NCBI GenBank assembly: GCA_021158185.1
Contig: JAGGVC010000104.1
Location: 8,992-72,991 of the forward strand
Direction of reading: 5' to 3'
Source: a bacterium
Lineage (GTDB): Bacteria; 4484-113; JAGGVC01
DNA: 64,000 nt
Each line of letters opens with the position of its first letter. Position 1 is the stretch's first letter. The notes under the pieces are model-generated. The model was not told where the DNA came from. It saw only the letters and a program-made list of their open reading frames with translations, and ran no database searches. Both the position numbers and the translations under genes were made by a program. Positions 9,428-18,592 of the stretch are shown here, in pieces.

Positions 9428-9883
9428 ATGGAGCGTACATTTGTGATGGTAAAGCCGGACGGTGTTGCTCGTGCTCTCGTTGGCAGAATCATTGGTGTGT
9501 TCGAGGAGAAAGGCATGACGCTCAAGGCGATGAAACTGTTGGACGTTACGCCGGAGCTTGCGAAGAAGCATTACGCCGAGCACGAGGGCAAATCGTTTTA
9601 CCCCAGTCTGATCGAATATATCCAAAGCGGGCCCGTGGTGGTCATGTGTTGGGAAGGGCCAAACGCGGTATCGCAGGTGCGCGCGCTCGTTGGTTCAACC
9701 CATCCGAAGGACGCCGCGCCGGGTACGATTCGGGGAGATCTCGCGCTTGATATCTCTAATAATCTTGTGCATGCGAGCGATAAGCCTGAGACCGCGGAAA
9801 GGGAGCTTGAGATATATTTTTCCGATGATGATTATGTTAAGGAATGGCGCAGAGCGGACGCGAGGTGGCTTTTAGAGCGGTAG
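9428..9883 (+). CDS. ndk: Nucleoside diphosphate kinase.
   Basis: MERTFVMVKPDGV..., GSTHPKDAAPGTIRGDLA, NLVHASD (active-site His). The track ORF starts 18 nt earlier, at 9410. Confidence 0.9.
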   Translation: MERTFVMVKPDGVARALVGRIIGVFEEKGMTLKAMKLLDVTPELAKKHYAEHEGKSFYPSLIEYIQSGPVVVMCWEGPNAVSQVRALVGSTHPKDAAPGTIRGDLALDISNNLVHASDKPETAERELEIYFSDDDYVKEWRRADARWLLER

Positions 9884-10056
9884 AATATGCGAAAGATCAG
9901 GCTCTTCCATGAGCGGATTTTCAGATTATTGCATTAGGCTTATGTGCTGATAGGTGTAAAATGTGTACGTTTGTTCAGGAAATCCTTCCGGGATTCACAA
10001 TTCGGTTCCATCGCCTTGATTGAGCTGGCCGAGCCGATCATTCGGAGGAAGGCAAA

Positions 10057-11196
10057 ATGCACCGTTATTATTTGACTCGCCATTTCGTTAGAACTGTTTT
10101 TCTATGGCTCGTGCTCTTCGCGTTCGCTCCTGCATCATCCGCACTCGCACAGGAGGCGGATGATGTCGAGGAAAGCGCAAATGAGACGGCGATGTCGGTA
10201 GACGGCCTGCTCGGCTTTAGGCTTGGTGAAGCTACAGGTGCTGAGGCGCTGACGACTGTACTTGACAAGCCGGAAACGGAACGCAGCACGTACCGTCTTG
10301 AGGAGAATCTCGTTCTCTATACGTTCAACGTTGAAAACTGGATGGGCGATCTCGATCTCGAACTCCCGGTGGAAGCGACCTGTACGTTGTTCGTTTTCAA
10401 GGGGATCGTTGCTGCTTTCAGGATGGATATCGATTTCGGCTCGCTCGACAGCTCCGTTCGGGAGGAATTCAAGGCGCATTTCAAATCCAGGCTCGGATGG
10501 GAGCCGGGCGTTACGAGGAGCGAGAATTTTCATCTGTTGCAGTGGATAGATGAATCGGAAGGTATTTGCAGGTTTTATGAACTTGCAGGTGGCAGGGACA
10601 TTATCTGCTGGGCAATCGGCGACAAGGCGCGTGATCGCATCAAGTACTTGAGGCTTCTCAATTACGCAGATGGCGTGCTCGAAAAACCTGACTGGTTTCC
10701 CAATGACGAAATACTGGGATTCGGGGATTTTATCCTTGGATCGGACATAATGACGGCGCAAGGCGAACACGGAGGCTACAAGTTCCTCGGAATTCGGAAG
10801 GAACGAAACGGCAGATTCGATGCTCTTTGCTTCCAATCGCCGTCGTCCCCAATCAGCACGATTAAAGTTGATCCTGAACAGGGGGCATTCATCTTTGTAC
10901 TGATCGGTGCGGGCAAGATCCGCGAAATAAGCCTGGTTTTTCTTCACGGTACGTATGATCCCGGTCAGCTTGAAGATACGAAATTGCTGTACGAGCAGAA
11001 GTATGGCGCTCCCTTGTACAACGACGCGGGACTTCCGTACTGGATCGATCTCTGGAATGCGACAGAAATAGAATTCAAGGAATCCAGTGTTTTTAACTGG
11101 ATTGAATATTCCGATCTTACTTACATAGACGTAAGCATAATCGAGGTTTTCGGTCAAGGTGCGGTTGGAATGTCGGCGGATGTCGATCGGATTTAG
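10057..11196 (+). CDS. Hypothetical secreted protein of 379 aa with an N-terminal signal peptide.
   Basis: A GGAGGAAGG Shine-Dalgarno precedes the ATG. The N-terminus has a hydrophobic h-region, FLWLVLFAFAPASSALA. I recognise no motif. An equally long antisense ORF (10135..11274) is judged spurious because it is Arg-rich and has no Shine-Dalgarno. Confidence 0.55.
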   Translation: MHRYYLTRHFVRTVFLWLVLFAFAPASSALAQEADDVEESANETAMSVDGLLGFRLGEATGAEALTTVLDKPETERSTYRLEENLVLYTFNVENWMGDLDLELPVEATCTLFVFKGIVAAFRMDIDFGSLDSSVREEFKAHFKSRLGWEPGVTRSENFHLLQWIDESEGICRFYELAGGRDIICWAIGDKARDRIKYLRLLNYADGVLEKPDWFPNDEILGFGDFILGSDIMTAQGEHGGYKFLGIRKERNGRFDALCFQSPSSPISTIKVDPEQGAFIFVLIGAGKIREISLVFLHGTYDPGQLEDTKLLYEQKYGAPLYNDAGLPYWIDLWNATEIEFKESSVFNWIEYSDLTYIDVSIIEVFGQGAVGMSADVDRI

Positions 11197-11363
11197 GTGA
11201 TTGCTACGAAGCGCTGTTGGTCGCGAATGCTCCGTGATAAAACCGCAGTGTGCTCGATAAGTTAATTTGCACATGTTCGTTTCTATAAGGGGTATAATTA
11301 ATCGTGGGAACTCGCAAATTTACTGTGGTCATTATTACATTGTGTTCTTCAGAATCGAATAAT

Positions 11364-11444
11364 TGGGCGAGGGGGGATTCGAACCCCCACACCTTGCGGC
11401 ACAAGATCCTAAATCTTGCGTGTCTGCCATTCCACCACTCGCCC
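11364..11444 (-). tRNA. tRNA-Leu, anticodon UAG. This is a class II tRNA with a long variable arm.
   Basis: Reverse complement: GGGCGAG-T-GGTGGAATGGCAGACAC-G-CAAGA-TTTAGGA-TCTTG-TGCCGCAAGGTGT-GGGGG-TTCGAAT-CCCCC-CTCGCCC-A. It has a 7-bp acceptor stem, a 5-bp anticodon stem, loop UU-UAG-GA, a 13-nt variable arm and a GTTCGAAT T-loop. CCA is not encoded. Confidence 0.85.
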
Positions 11445-11460
11445 TTGCTTCCCTTGGAAA

Positions 11461-11466
11461 ATTATA
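11461..11466 (-). promoter_or_regulatory. Candidate -10 box (TATAAT) for tRNA-Leu, about 17 nt upstream of the mature 5' end.
   Basis: Reverse complement reads ctgtTATAATtttccaagggaagcaag-GGGCGAG. No convincing -35 box. Confidence 0.3.
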
Positions 11467-11601
11467 ACAGAAAGGGCAGTACTGGAAAGGCCTTTGCCGG
11501 CGCGCAGAATTGATTGAACCAGTTGTTTGCCTGTGAGGAGGGGCAAATGCCGCATCCCGTTTTCGTAATCCAAAGTCTGATTGGCAGGATAACCTGATCT
11601 G

Positions 11602-12867
11602 CTATTTTGTTTTTCCGCGTTTGATGGCCAGTTCGCCATCCCAGGTGCCCGAAGTGTCGATTCGATGGACGACAACAGGATTGAGTCGTCCGGGCAGTAC
11701 GATTTCTTCCTTACTGCTGAATTCAACGTTTTTCAATTCTGCTTTGGCAAGGCGATGAGATTCCTGGGAAACGATGATTCTATTGTTGCGCTCGTAGTTG
11801 GCAAGTCTGCTGGCGACATTTACCGTGTCACCGATTACCGTGCTGTTCATAACCTGCCCGGACACGCCTACGTTTCCGAACATTACTTCGCCGCTGTCGA
11901 TACCGATTCCGATGTAGAATTCCTCCGCAAGCCACCGTGCGCGATCCCTGTTGATCTCCCTTAATTCCTTCATGATGTCGATCGAGGCGCGTATAGCATT
12001 GGCCGCGTTGGCGCGCTTGCCGCTATCGCGGCGGAAGACAGCCATAAGGCCATCCCCTGTGAACTTATCCACCGCTCCTCTGTGTCGGCTAATAATCGTG
12101 CTGAACCGTCCGAGCATCTTGTTCAGCTCTTCTAGAACAAGGTCCGGATCGTGCATTTCCGCGAAGATCGTGTAATGCCGGATATCCAGAAAGAGCACGG
12201 TCAACCATTCTCGGCGCGCAGTTTCAATCGCCTTCATATTGCCTCGCAGCGCGTGTACCACGAGGTCGGTTGGAAGGAAATGCCAAATGCTCTGAACGTT
12301 TATGAATCGCTTATAGAAGAATTCGATTTCCTCCAGCATCTGGCGTATCTGGAAAAGGTTGTTATTGCTTAATCGGTCGGTACTGATCTTGAAGATACGG
12401 TAGAAGATGCTTGAATAGCGGTCCATGAAATCAAGGAGTACATCGCCGCTGACAGTGAAAACCACAAGATCGCGCCTTGCTCTGACCGTTGCGGTTGCTG
12501 CGGAGTGGAGAATTATGCCGATCTCGCCGAAGAAGTCTCCTCTTGAAAGACTTGCGATCTTGATTCTGCGTGTGCCAACTGATTTGAAAACATCAGCCTT
12601 CCCGCGATAGATGAAGTAAATGCTTCTGCTTGCTTGTCCCTCGTGAATCAGGTATTCGCCCTCGGTGGGCGCGATGACTTCTACCTTTTCAACGAGATCC
12701 CTGAGGTCTTCGCCGGTAAGATCCGCAAAGATGTCGAAGTTAAGCAGTTCACGCGCTATGTCCCGCTCAGTAAGATCGGTCAGTTTCTTCAGAGTCATTC
12801 CTACCTCCGAAATGATCCGTAAGCTGGAACTGATTATAGTCTTAACACAAGCGATGTGCAAAAGCAC
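11602..12867 (-). CDS. Cyclic-nucleotide-binding (CAP-type cNMP) domain fused to a class III adenylate/guanylate cyclase catalytic domain.
   Basis: The N-terminal half has the cNMP-binding signature (FGEIGIILHSAATATVRA, a phosphate-binding cassette). The C-terminal half has cyclase motifs: FLDIRHYT (metal Asp), FTGDGLMAVF, GIGIDSGEVMFGNVG. Confidence 0.8.
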   Translation of the reverse strand: MLLHIACVKTIISSSLRIISEVGMTLKKLTDLTERDIARELLNFDIFADLTGEDLRDLVEKVEVIAPTEGEYLIHEGQASRSIYFIYRGKADVFKSVGTRRIKIASLSRGDFFGEIGIILHSAATATVRARRDLVVFTVSGDVLLDFMDRYSSIFYRIFKISTDRLSNNNLFQIRQMLEEIEFFYKRFINVQSIWHFLPTDLVVHALRGNMKAIETARREWLTVLFLDIRHYTIFAEMHDPDLVLEELNKMLGRFSTIISRHRGAVDKFTGDGLMAVFRRDSGKRANAANAIRASIDIMKELREINRDRARWLAEEFYIGIGIDSGEVMFGNVGVSGQVMNSTVIGDTVNVASRLANYERNNRIIVSQESHRLAKAELKNVEFSSKEEIVLPGRLNPVVVHRIDTSGTWDGELAIKRGKTK

Positions 12868-12951
12868 CCTTCGCGAACCAGGATGCGTCGAATTTGATAT
12901 TGCCGGTTTAGGAGATCAGGACTTGATAAATGTGAGGAATACCATTTAATC

Positions 12952-13344
12952 CTACGCACTCTCGATGGAGATTTCAAATCCGTCCTTGATCGCATGTGTC
13001 ACCGCACACTTTTTTAAGAACCTGTCGAATACAGGATATAGTGATTTCTGAAGCTCAGTTGGATATGACACCGTCATCTTCAGCGATTGAACCTGTGTTG
13101 TCTTCGGTTCTTGTGTGTAATCCATCTCGATCTTGAAACCTTTCGAGCTGATTTTGTACCTTTCACAGAACAAATCGGCGTACATTGCGGTGCAGGTGCC
13201 GATCGAAATAATGAGTAATTGCGAGGGAGCAGGCCCGGCATCAGGCCCGCCTATCTTTTCAGGTTCACTTACAACGATGGTGTGACCATCCATTACCGCT
13301 TTGAACGTTAGTTTCCCAACAGGACTAATCGTAATTTTTCCCAT
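12952..13344 (-). CDS. OsmC/Ohr-family peroxiredoxin-like protein.
   Basis: About 130 aa with two Cys (IGTCTAMY...C) in OsmC-like context, and an OsmC-like sequence overall (GGPDAGPAPSQLLIISIGTC). Confidence 0.75.
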   Translation of the reverse strand: MGKITISPVGKLTFKAVMDGHTIVVSEPEKIGGPDAGPAPSQLLIISIGTCTAMYADLFCERYKISSKGFKIEMDYTQEPKTTQVQSLKMTVSYPTELQKSLYPVFDRFLKKCAVTHAIKDGFEISIESA

Positions 13345-13369
13345 GTCAACTCCAGAAATGAGTATTTGG

Positions 13370-13381
13370 TTGCAGCTGCAA
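13370..13381. promoter_or_regulatory. Perfect 12-bp palindrome TTGCAGCTGCAA, 26 nt upstream of the OsmC-like start. Candidate operator.
   Basis: Read directly from the sequence. It lies in the 53-nt gap between the hypothetical gene's stop (13398) and the osmC-like start (13344). Confidence 0.35.
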
Positions 13382-13397
13382 TTGTTGCCAAGAAAAC

Positions 13398-13946
13398 CTA
13401 TATGACCTTAATGATCCGCTTTTCTCCGTTAGGATCGGTTTCGATCAGATAGATATCGCCTCGCACGAACTTGGTGTCTTCCGGTATTTGAAGAATGTTG
13501 CAGAGAAGATCCTTTCTCAGGAAGCGTTTTCGTGCATTCTGGTATTTAACCGCATTGACCACGCTTACTTCCAAAAGGTCACCAAGCTTTCCCTCGATCA
13601 TCATCATTTCGAGGTTTGGTCTATCGGCGAAGTTGATTTTCAGAACGGCCTCGCGCGCACTCTCGGAGCGTTTGGACAGTTCTTTGACTTTATCCTTGGC
13701 GCTTTCGATCTGAGTCGAGAATTTTCGGAGAATAATTTCAAGGTTGTTTACGCTAGGATCGGCCGCGCTGAACACAGCGAAATCGTTCGGACAGTGCCAT
13801 ATCCCGCCATACTTGCGCAAAAGCTGGATTACGCTAAAACCGGACTCCTCGTAATAGTCAGCCCAGATTTCCGACATTCCCTTTGTAGTCCAATCGGGCA
13901 GTGATTCGATGTACTCCATTGGATTACTGCAGATAGGGCAGTTCAT
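13398..13946 (-). CDS. Hypothetical protein of 182 aa with an N-terminal Cys/His zinc-ribbon-like motif and a central coiled-coil-like region.
   Basis: MNCPICSNPM...WHCPNDF, followed by a charged helical segment (ESAKDKVKELSKRSESAREAV). No known domain recognised. Confidence 0.5.
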   Translation of the reverse strand: MNCPICSNPMEYIESLPDWTTKGMSEIWADYYEESGFSVIQLLRKYGGIWHCPNDFAVFSAADPSVNNLEIILRKFSTQIESAKDKVKELSKRSESAREAVLKINFADRPNLEMMMIEGKLGDLLEVSVVNAVKYQNARKRFLRKDLLCNILQIPEDTKFVRGDIYLIETDPNGEKRIIKVI

Positions 13947-14061
13947 ACGCGCACCTCGAAAGCTTGTACCGGCGAAATTCTAGCATAGTTATACTCTACA
14001 GGTATCATAAGTAACTTTATTGCGGATTTGCCCGGCAACGAAAAGGGAGAGCGATTTGTCC

Positions 14062-14090
14062 TTGACGTGCTCATTTCGCTTTGCTAGGAT
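14062..14090 (+). promoter_or_regulatory. Sigma-70-type promoter for mutL: TTGACG, 17-nt spacer, TAGGAT. The -10 box ends 6 nt before the ATG, which predicts a leaderless or near-leaderless transcript.
   Basis: cTTGACGtgctcatttcgctttgcTAGGATgcacctATG. There is no Shine-Dalgarno. Confidence 0.45.
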
Positions 14091-14096
14091 GCACCT

Positions 14097-16058
14097 ATGG
14101 CCTCAATTCTGAAGCTTCCTCAGTCGGAAATCGACAAAATCTGTGCCGGTGAAGTCGTTGAGCGGCCCGCAAGCGTCGTCAAGGAACTCATCGAGAATTC
14201 GCTGGACGCGGGTGCAACGCGGATCGGCATTGCAATTGAAGATGGTGGAAAGCGGATGATTTCCGTTATGGATAATGGATGCGGAATCAATCCGAATGAA
14301 CTTGAATCTGCCCTTTCCGCACATTGTACGAGCAAGATAAGGAGTGCGGATGAGCTTTACGTCAAGCATTCGCTGGGCTTTCGGGGAGAAGCTCTATACA
14401 GCATAGCGTCGATAAGCAAGCTCAAGATTGCATCACGTCGAGCAGAGGATCAGGCAGGTGCGGAAATCGCTGTTGAAGCCGGTGAAGTTGTTGAAAAGCG
14501 GATAATTGCACTCAATAAAGGAACCTCAATCGAGGTTCGCGAGCTTTTTCTGAACACACCGGTTAGGCGTAAGTTCCTTCGCGCCAAGGGCACGGAAGTC
14601 AATTTCATTACTTCGATGGTTCTCGATTATTCTCTCTGCTATCCCGAAATTGCTTGGCGGCTCGAAAGTGACGGGAAGGAGAGCTTCGCAACCCGCGGCG
14701 ACGGCGATTTGACACCAATTCTTAAGAGAGTATTTGACGCAGAGATCGCACAGAGCATAATCAAAGTTGATTATCGTCACTCAAGTGATCTTCAGCAAGG
14801 CACTGATGTTGGGTCCTTTGCAGCAGGCATCAGCATCTCAGGCGTTGTCGCTCACCCGCAATATTACCGCAGTAACAGGATTGGCCAGCATTTCTTTGTG
14901 AATCGAAGGCCGGTGCGTAACAGGATTTTTTACCGCGCCGTGGACGATGCGTGTAGGGAATATATGAGTGCCGGTAAGCACGCGCTCTGTGTGCTTATGC
15001 TGGATATTCCCCCTTCGGATATTGATGTGAATATTCATCCGGCGAAACAGGAGGTCAGTTTCAGCGAACCTCAGCAGATCTACGCGCTGATAACGATCGG
15101 GGTCAAGCGCGCGATCTCTGTTGCTGCTGCGGAACAGCAGGCCACGCTTGCTCGCGATCTTGCGAGCGACGAAATGCCACCTTCCCCCGTTAATGGAATC
15201 GATGACAGGGCGAGACCGGATGAAAGCGATGATCGGGAGGATTATGTTAAGGAAGCGGTTACTTCGACACCTGATAATAAGATAGCAGGACCTCACATCG
15301 ATAAGGAAATTTCGCCGGAACAACGAAATACCAGATCGATTCCCTTGTACACTGAATCGAAGACTTTACCCAAGCCCAAACGTCCTGTGCTTTCCATCGC
15401 GGAGTTCGCCAGCGAAGCGGATGATAAGGCATTGATCAGTGCGGAAACTGTAGGAGAGATAACACCGGAGGACCTGTCCGACTCGCAAATCATGGGGCAG
15501 ATCGGCAGAACCTTCATCGTGTTTATCAAAAACGATGCTCTCTACCTGCTCGACCAACATTCGGCTCATGAGAGGATTGTATTTGAAGGTATCTACCGTA
15601 ACGCAATAAATAGAGAATCATCTCCCCCCAGACAAGGTCTCGTATTCCCGATTCTTCTTTCGCTCAGGCCCGACCAAGTGGATGGAATCAAAATGTACAT
15701 TCCAGTGATGAACAGGCTCGGCTTTCAGATTGAGGTTTTTGGCGAAGACACGCTTCTTCTGCGTGAAGTGCCGGCTTCGATCGCAGAGAGAATAAATATT
15801 GAAGTGTTTCGCTCGATTATAGAAGGTTTTCTTGTTACTGGAACGGAAAAAAGCTATAATGAAATGGTTAAGCACGTTGCGGCAACTACGGCATGCAAAT
15901 GTGCAATAAAGGCTGGCGATGAACTCTCCGAAGCTGAAATGCGCTGGCTTGTGAAATCGTTAACAAGACTTGAGAGCAGTTTCACATGTCCTCATGGAAG
16001 GCCTACTTTGGTTAAGTTGGGCGTTAGAGATGTTGGCAAACTGTTTCAAAGAGCTTGA
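14097..16058 (+). CDS. mutL: DNA mismatch repair protein MutL.
   Basis: GHKL ATPase N-terminus (RPASVVKELIENSLDAGAT, DNGCGI), a transducer region, and the C-terminal dimerisation domain with FTCPHGRPT. Confidence 0.95.
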   Translation: MASILKLPQSEIDKICAGEVVERPASVVKELIENSLDAGATRIGIAIEDGGKRMISVMDNGCGINPNELESALSAHCTSKIRSADELYVKHSLGFRGEALYSIASISKLKIASRRAEDQAGAEIAVEAGEVVEKRIIALNKGTSIEVRELFLNTPVRRKFLRAKGTEVNFITSMVLDYSLCYPEIAWRLESDGKESFATRGDGDLTPILKRVFDAEIAQSIIKVDYRHSSDLQQGTDVGSFAAGISISGVVAHPQYYRSNRIGQHFFVNRRPVRNRIFYRAVDDACREYMSAGKHALCVLMLDIPPSDIDVNIHPAKQEVSFSEPQQIYALITIGVKRAISVAAAEQQATLARDLASDEMPPSPVNGIDDRARPDESDDREDYVKEAVTSTPDNKIAGPHIDKEISPEQRNTRSIPLYTESKTLPKPKRPVLSIAEFASEADDKALISAETVGEITPEDLSDSQIMGQIGRTFIVFIKNDALYLLDQHSAHERIVFEGIYRNAINRESSPPRQGLVFPILLSLRPDQVDGIKMYIPVMNRLGFQIEVFGEDTLLLREVPASIAERINIEVFRSIIEGFLVTGTEKSYNEMVKHVAATTACKCAIKAGDELSEAEMRWLVKSLTRLESSFTCPHGRPTLVKLGVRDVGKLFQRA

Positions 16059-16797
16059 AAATTTGGCGGGGAATCGCTTGGAGTACGTGAAACAAGATTT
16101 GTTTGTGAAAGACTTGTTTGATGGTCTGGCGCGTAGATACGATCTTGGAAACGCGCTTATCAGCTTCGGTCTTCATATGAAATGGAAAAGGGCGATGCTC
16201 GATTACTCCGGGAAGCTTTGCGAAGGATGTATGATGATCGATGGCGCAACAGGTACAGGTGATATTGCGATACTCGCCAAGAGCCGGTGTTCGGGCGCGA
16301 AGGTAGCAGGAATCGATTTTTCAGAAACTATGCTTGATATAGCCCGAATAAGAGCGACAAGGCTTTTCGGTGACTCGGTCATTGATTTTGTGTGTGGTGA
16401 TCTGACGGAGCAGGCCAACTATTCACGCAGAAAATGTGATCTTTATACTATAGGATTCGGGCTGCGAAACATATTCGAGCGCAGAAAGGCAATGCGCGTC
16501 ATCAGGGGGTTGATGGATTCCCGTGGAGTGCTGATGATTCTTGATCTTGCCAAGCCGTTTCCTTGGTATGCAGGCTTGATTGCATGGTTTTATCTTTGGA
16601 TTGTGATGCCGATTTTCTCATTGTTCTTTCGTGGGCGGCTGGCGGATTATCTTTGGCTTGCACGTTCACACAGGAATTATCCGAGCTTTTCCGTGCTCAG
16701 AGAGGAGCTTGAAACTGAAGGTTTTGCTAATGTTACGCGCAAGCTTGTTGGTTTTGGTATGATTGCGATTGTTAGAGCCGAGGCGGGCAACTTGTGA
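16030..16797 (+). CDS. ubiE: UbiE/MenG-family SAM-dependent C-methyltransferase (demethylmenaquinone/ubiquinone methyltransferase).
   Basis: LARRYDLGNALISFGLHMKWKR (UbiE signature), SAM motif I IDGATGTGD, and post-I IGFGLRNI. The start is ambiguous: Mets at 15970, 15994 and 16030 all overlap the mutL 3' end in another frame. 16030 was chosen by N-terminal length comparison. Confidence 0.8.
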   Translation: MLANCFKELENLAGNRLEYVKQDLFVKDLFDGLARRYDLGNALISFGLHMKWKRAMLDYSGKLCEGCMMIDGATGTGDIAILAKSRCSGAKVAGIDFSETMLDIARIRATRLFGDSVIDFVCGDLTEQANYSRRKCDLYTIGFGLRNIFERRKAMRVIRGLMDSRGVLMILDLAKPFPWYAGLIAWFYLWIVMPIFSLFFRGRLADYLWLARSHRNYPSFSVLREELETEGFANVTRKLVGFGMIAIVRAEAGNL

Positions 16798-16895
16798 TTT
16801 CCCAAGTGTGCCTTCTCGGCTGCACAAATCAGCAGAATTCTTCGCTTCAGAAATGTGTGTCTCTTGTTAAGATGATCTGAGCGGACAACTGGGAG

Positions 16896-17606
16896 TTGGC
16901 AATTATGGAAAGGAAAGCTGTTTCACGAATTCCCCGGAAGAAAGATATCGCGCCGAAGCAAATTCCATACAGTACTATCGTAAGACTCACTCAGTACTTG
17001 CGCGTTGTAGAGAAGCTGAACGACCTCGGCATAAGCGGGATTTCAAGCGCTGAGTTATGCGAAGAAACACGGATCAACAGCTTTTTGGTTCGCAAGGATC
17101 TCTCGTATTTTGGTGAATTCGGTACGCGCGGAGTTGGCTACGATATTCCATCGCTACGCCTCGAACTCGAGAAGATACTCGGGCTTACGGAGGCTCACAG
17201 GACAGTAATCGTAGGCGCTGGAAATCTGGGAACTGCTCTTGTGCATTACGACGGATTCAAGGAAAAGGGATTCAAAATTGTTGCCGTCTTCGACTCCGAT
17301 CCATCCAAAATTGATAAGAAGATCGGAGATTTCGTTATCGAAAGCGTTTTTATGCTTGAGGAATATCTGAATACCAACAAAGATGTTACGATTGGCATAA
17401 TTGCAGTGCCTGCATCGGGCGCGCAATTTATCGCAAATCTACTTATAGCGAGCGGCATCAAGGGTATATTGTGTTTCGCCCCGATCCAGCTAATGGTTCC
17501 GGATGACGTTGTTTATTCTGCGGTTGACCTGACCACATATCTTGAAATCATCAGTTACTACATTACCAATCCAGACGCCCGCCGCACCGGTGATATGCAC
17601 TACTGA
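16896..17606 (+). CDS. rex: Redox-sensing transcriptional repressor Rex.
   Basis: N-terminal winged helix (RLTQYLRVV), KDLSYFGEFGTRGVGY (the Rex signature), and a Rossmann NADH site VIVGAGNLGTAL. Confidence 0.85.
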   Translation: MAIMERKAVSRIPRKKDIAPKQIPYSTIVRLTQYLRVVEKLNDLGISGISSAELCEETRINSFLVRKDLSYFGEFGTRGVGYDIPSLRLELEKILGLTEAHRTVIVGAGNLGTALVHYDGFKEKGFKIVAVFDSDPSKIDKKIGDFVIESVFMLEEYLNTNKDVTIGIIAVPASGAQFIANLLIASGIKGILCFAPIQLMVPDDVVYSAVDLTTYLEIISYYITNPDARRTGDMHY

Positions 17607-17622
17607 GTTCTGGAAAAGAGGC

Positions 17623-18540
17623 TCAAAGTGGATTTTCGCCGACGCCAATGATATCGAGCAGGCGTTCGAGGTCTTCATCGGAGTAAAACCTGAGTACGAT
17701 TGTGCCGCCTTCCTTCATCTGTTTAAGGACGGTCCTGGTGCCGAAGTACTTCGTCAATTCTTCGGCAATGGCATCATAGTAGGGATTCTTCTTGCTCTCG
17801 AGATCCGCATTTCTTACGTCCTCTGTTTTGCTCGAAGCTTGTTTGTCTGCTCGATCGAGAATTTTCCTTACAAGAACTTCGACCTGCCTTACGGAAAAGC
17901 CGTCGTTGACGACCTGCAGAGCAGTTTGCGCGATTAACCCATCGGGGAGAGACAGGAGTGCTCGTGCAGCTCCTGCGGGAAGTGTTTCGTTCAGAACCAG
18001 TTCGCGCACCTTATCGGGAAGATCAAGGAGCCGGAGTGTGTTGGCGACATTTGAGCGCGACATTCCAAGTTCCTCTGCGATCTCAGCCTGAGTTATTTTG
18101 AGTCGTACCTGCATCGTATGGATTCCTATCGCGAGTTCAATCGGATTCAAATCCTCACGCTGTAGATTTTCGATCAACGAGGCAGCTATCCGTCCTCGCT
18201 CGTCCCGCTCGCTTACTATGCAAGGCACACTTGTAAAGCCAGCCATTTTGGCTGCTCGAAGTCGTCTCTCGCCTGCAACAAGCTCGTATCCCGTGAGCGT
18301 TCGCTGAACGATCAGCGGTTGCAGGAGCCCCTGGGTTTTTATCGACGCGGCAAGACCGTGAAGCGATTCCTCGGGAAATAGCGTTCTAGGCTGGTCTGGA
18401 CTGGGTGAAATCTTATCTATGGAAATGTGCATTATGCTGCGCTCATCAGAGCCTTCCAGGAGGGCACTCAGCCCCTGTCCGAGAGCGCGTTTCGCGCGCT
18501 TCTGCTTAGGGGAATTTGCTTTCTGTTCAGGATTGTCCAA
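17623..18540 (-). CDS. parB: Chromosome partitioning protein ParB/Spo0J.
   Basis: LGQGLSALL, the ParB box GERRLRAAKMAG, and an HTH region. Confidence 0.9.
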   Translation of the reverse strand: MDNPEQKANSPKQKRAKRALGQGLSALLEGSDERSIMHISIDKISPSPDQPRTLFPEESLHGLAASIKTQGLLQPLIVQRTLTGYELVAGERRLRAAKMAGFTSVPCIVSERDERGRIAASLIENLQREDLNPIELAIGIHTMQVRLKITQAEIAEELGMSRSNVANTLRLLDLPDKVRELVLNETLPAGAARALLSLPDGLIAQTALQVVNDGFSVRQVEVLVRKILDRADKQASSKTEDVRNADLESKKNPYYDAIAEELTKYFGTRTVLKQMKEGGTIVLRFYSDEDLERLLDIIGVGENPL

Positions 18541-18592
18541 TTCAAATGCCTCCTGACGGCTGGGATAAAACCGTGCGTAATCCTACTAGGAA

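Noticed and set aside
10135-11274. A 379-aa ORF on the minus strand, exactly the same length as the plus-strand gene 10057..11196 and almost completely overlapping it.
   Set aside because: It is Arg-rich with an antisense-like composition. It has no Shine-Dalgarno or promoter and no recognisable motif. The plus-strand ORF has a strong Shine-Dalgarno and a signal peptide. This is the typical spurious shadow ORF of a GC-rich gene.
11267-11298. TTGCAC ... TATAAT on the plus strand, pointing into the minus-strand tRNA-Leu (a possible antisense promoter).
   Set aside because: The spacer is 20 nt, outside the functional 16-19 nt range. No plausible plus-strand gene lies downstream, since the 69-aa ORF 11304..11513 overlaps the tRNA and has no support.
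16798-16895. A search for a Rex operator (TTGTGAA-N6-TTCACAA) upstream of rex.
   Set aside because: Only an AGAATTCT 8-bp palindrome and unrelated sequence are present. No Rex-box-like dyad was found by eye in this window. Rex targets are probably elsewhere, for example upstream of the NuoF-like operon outside the window.
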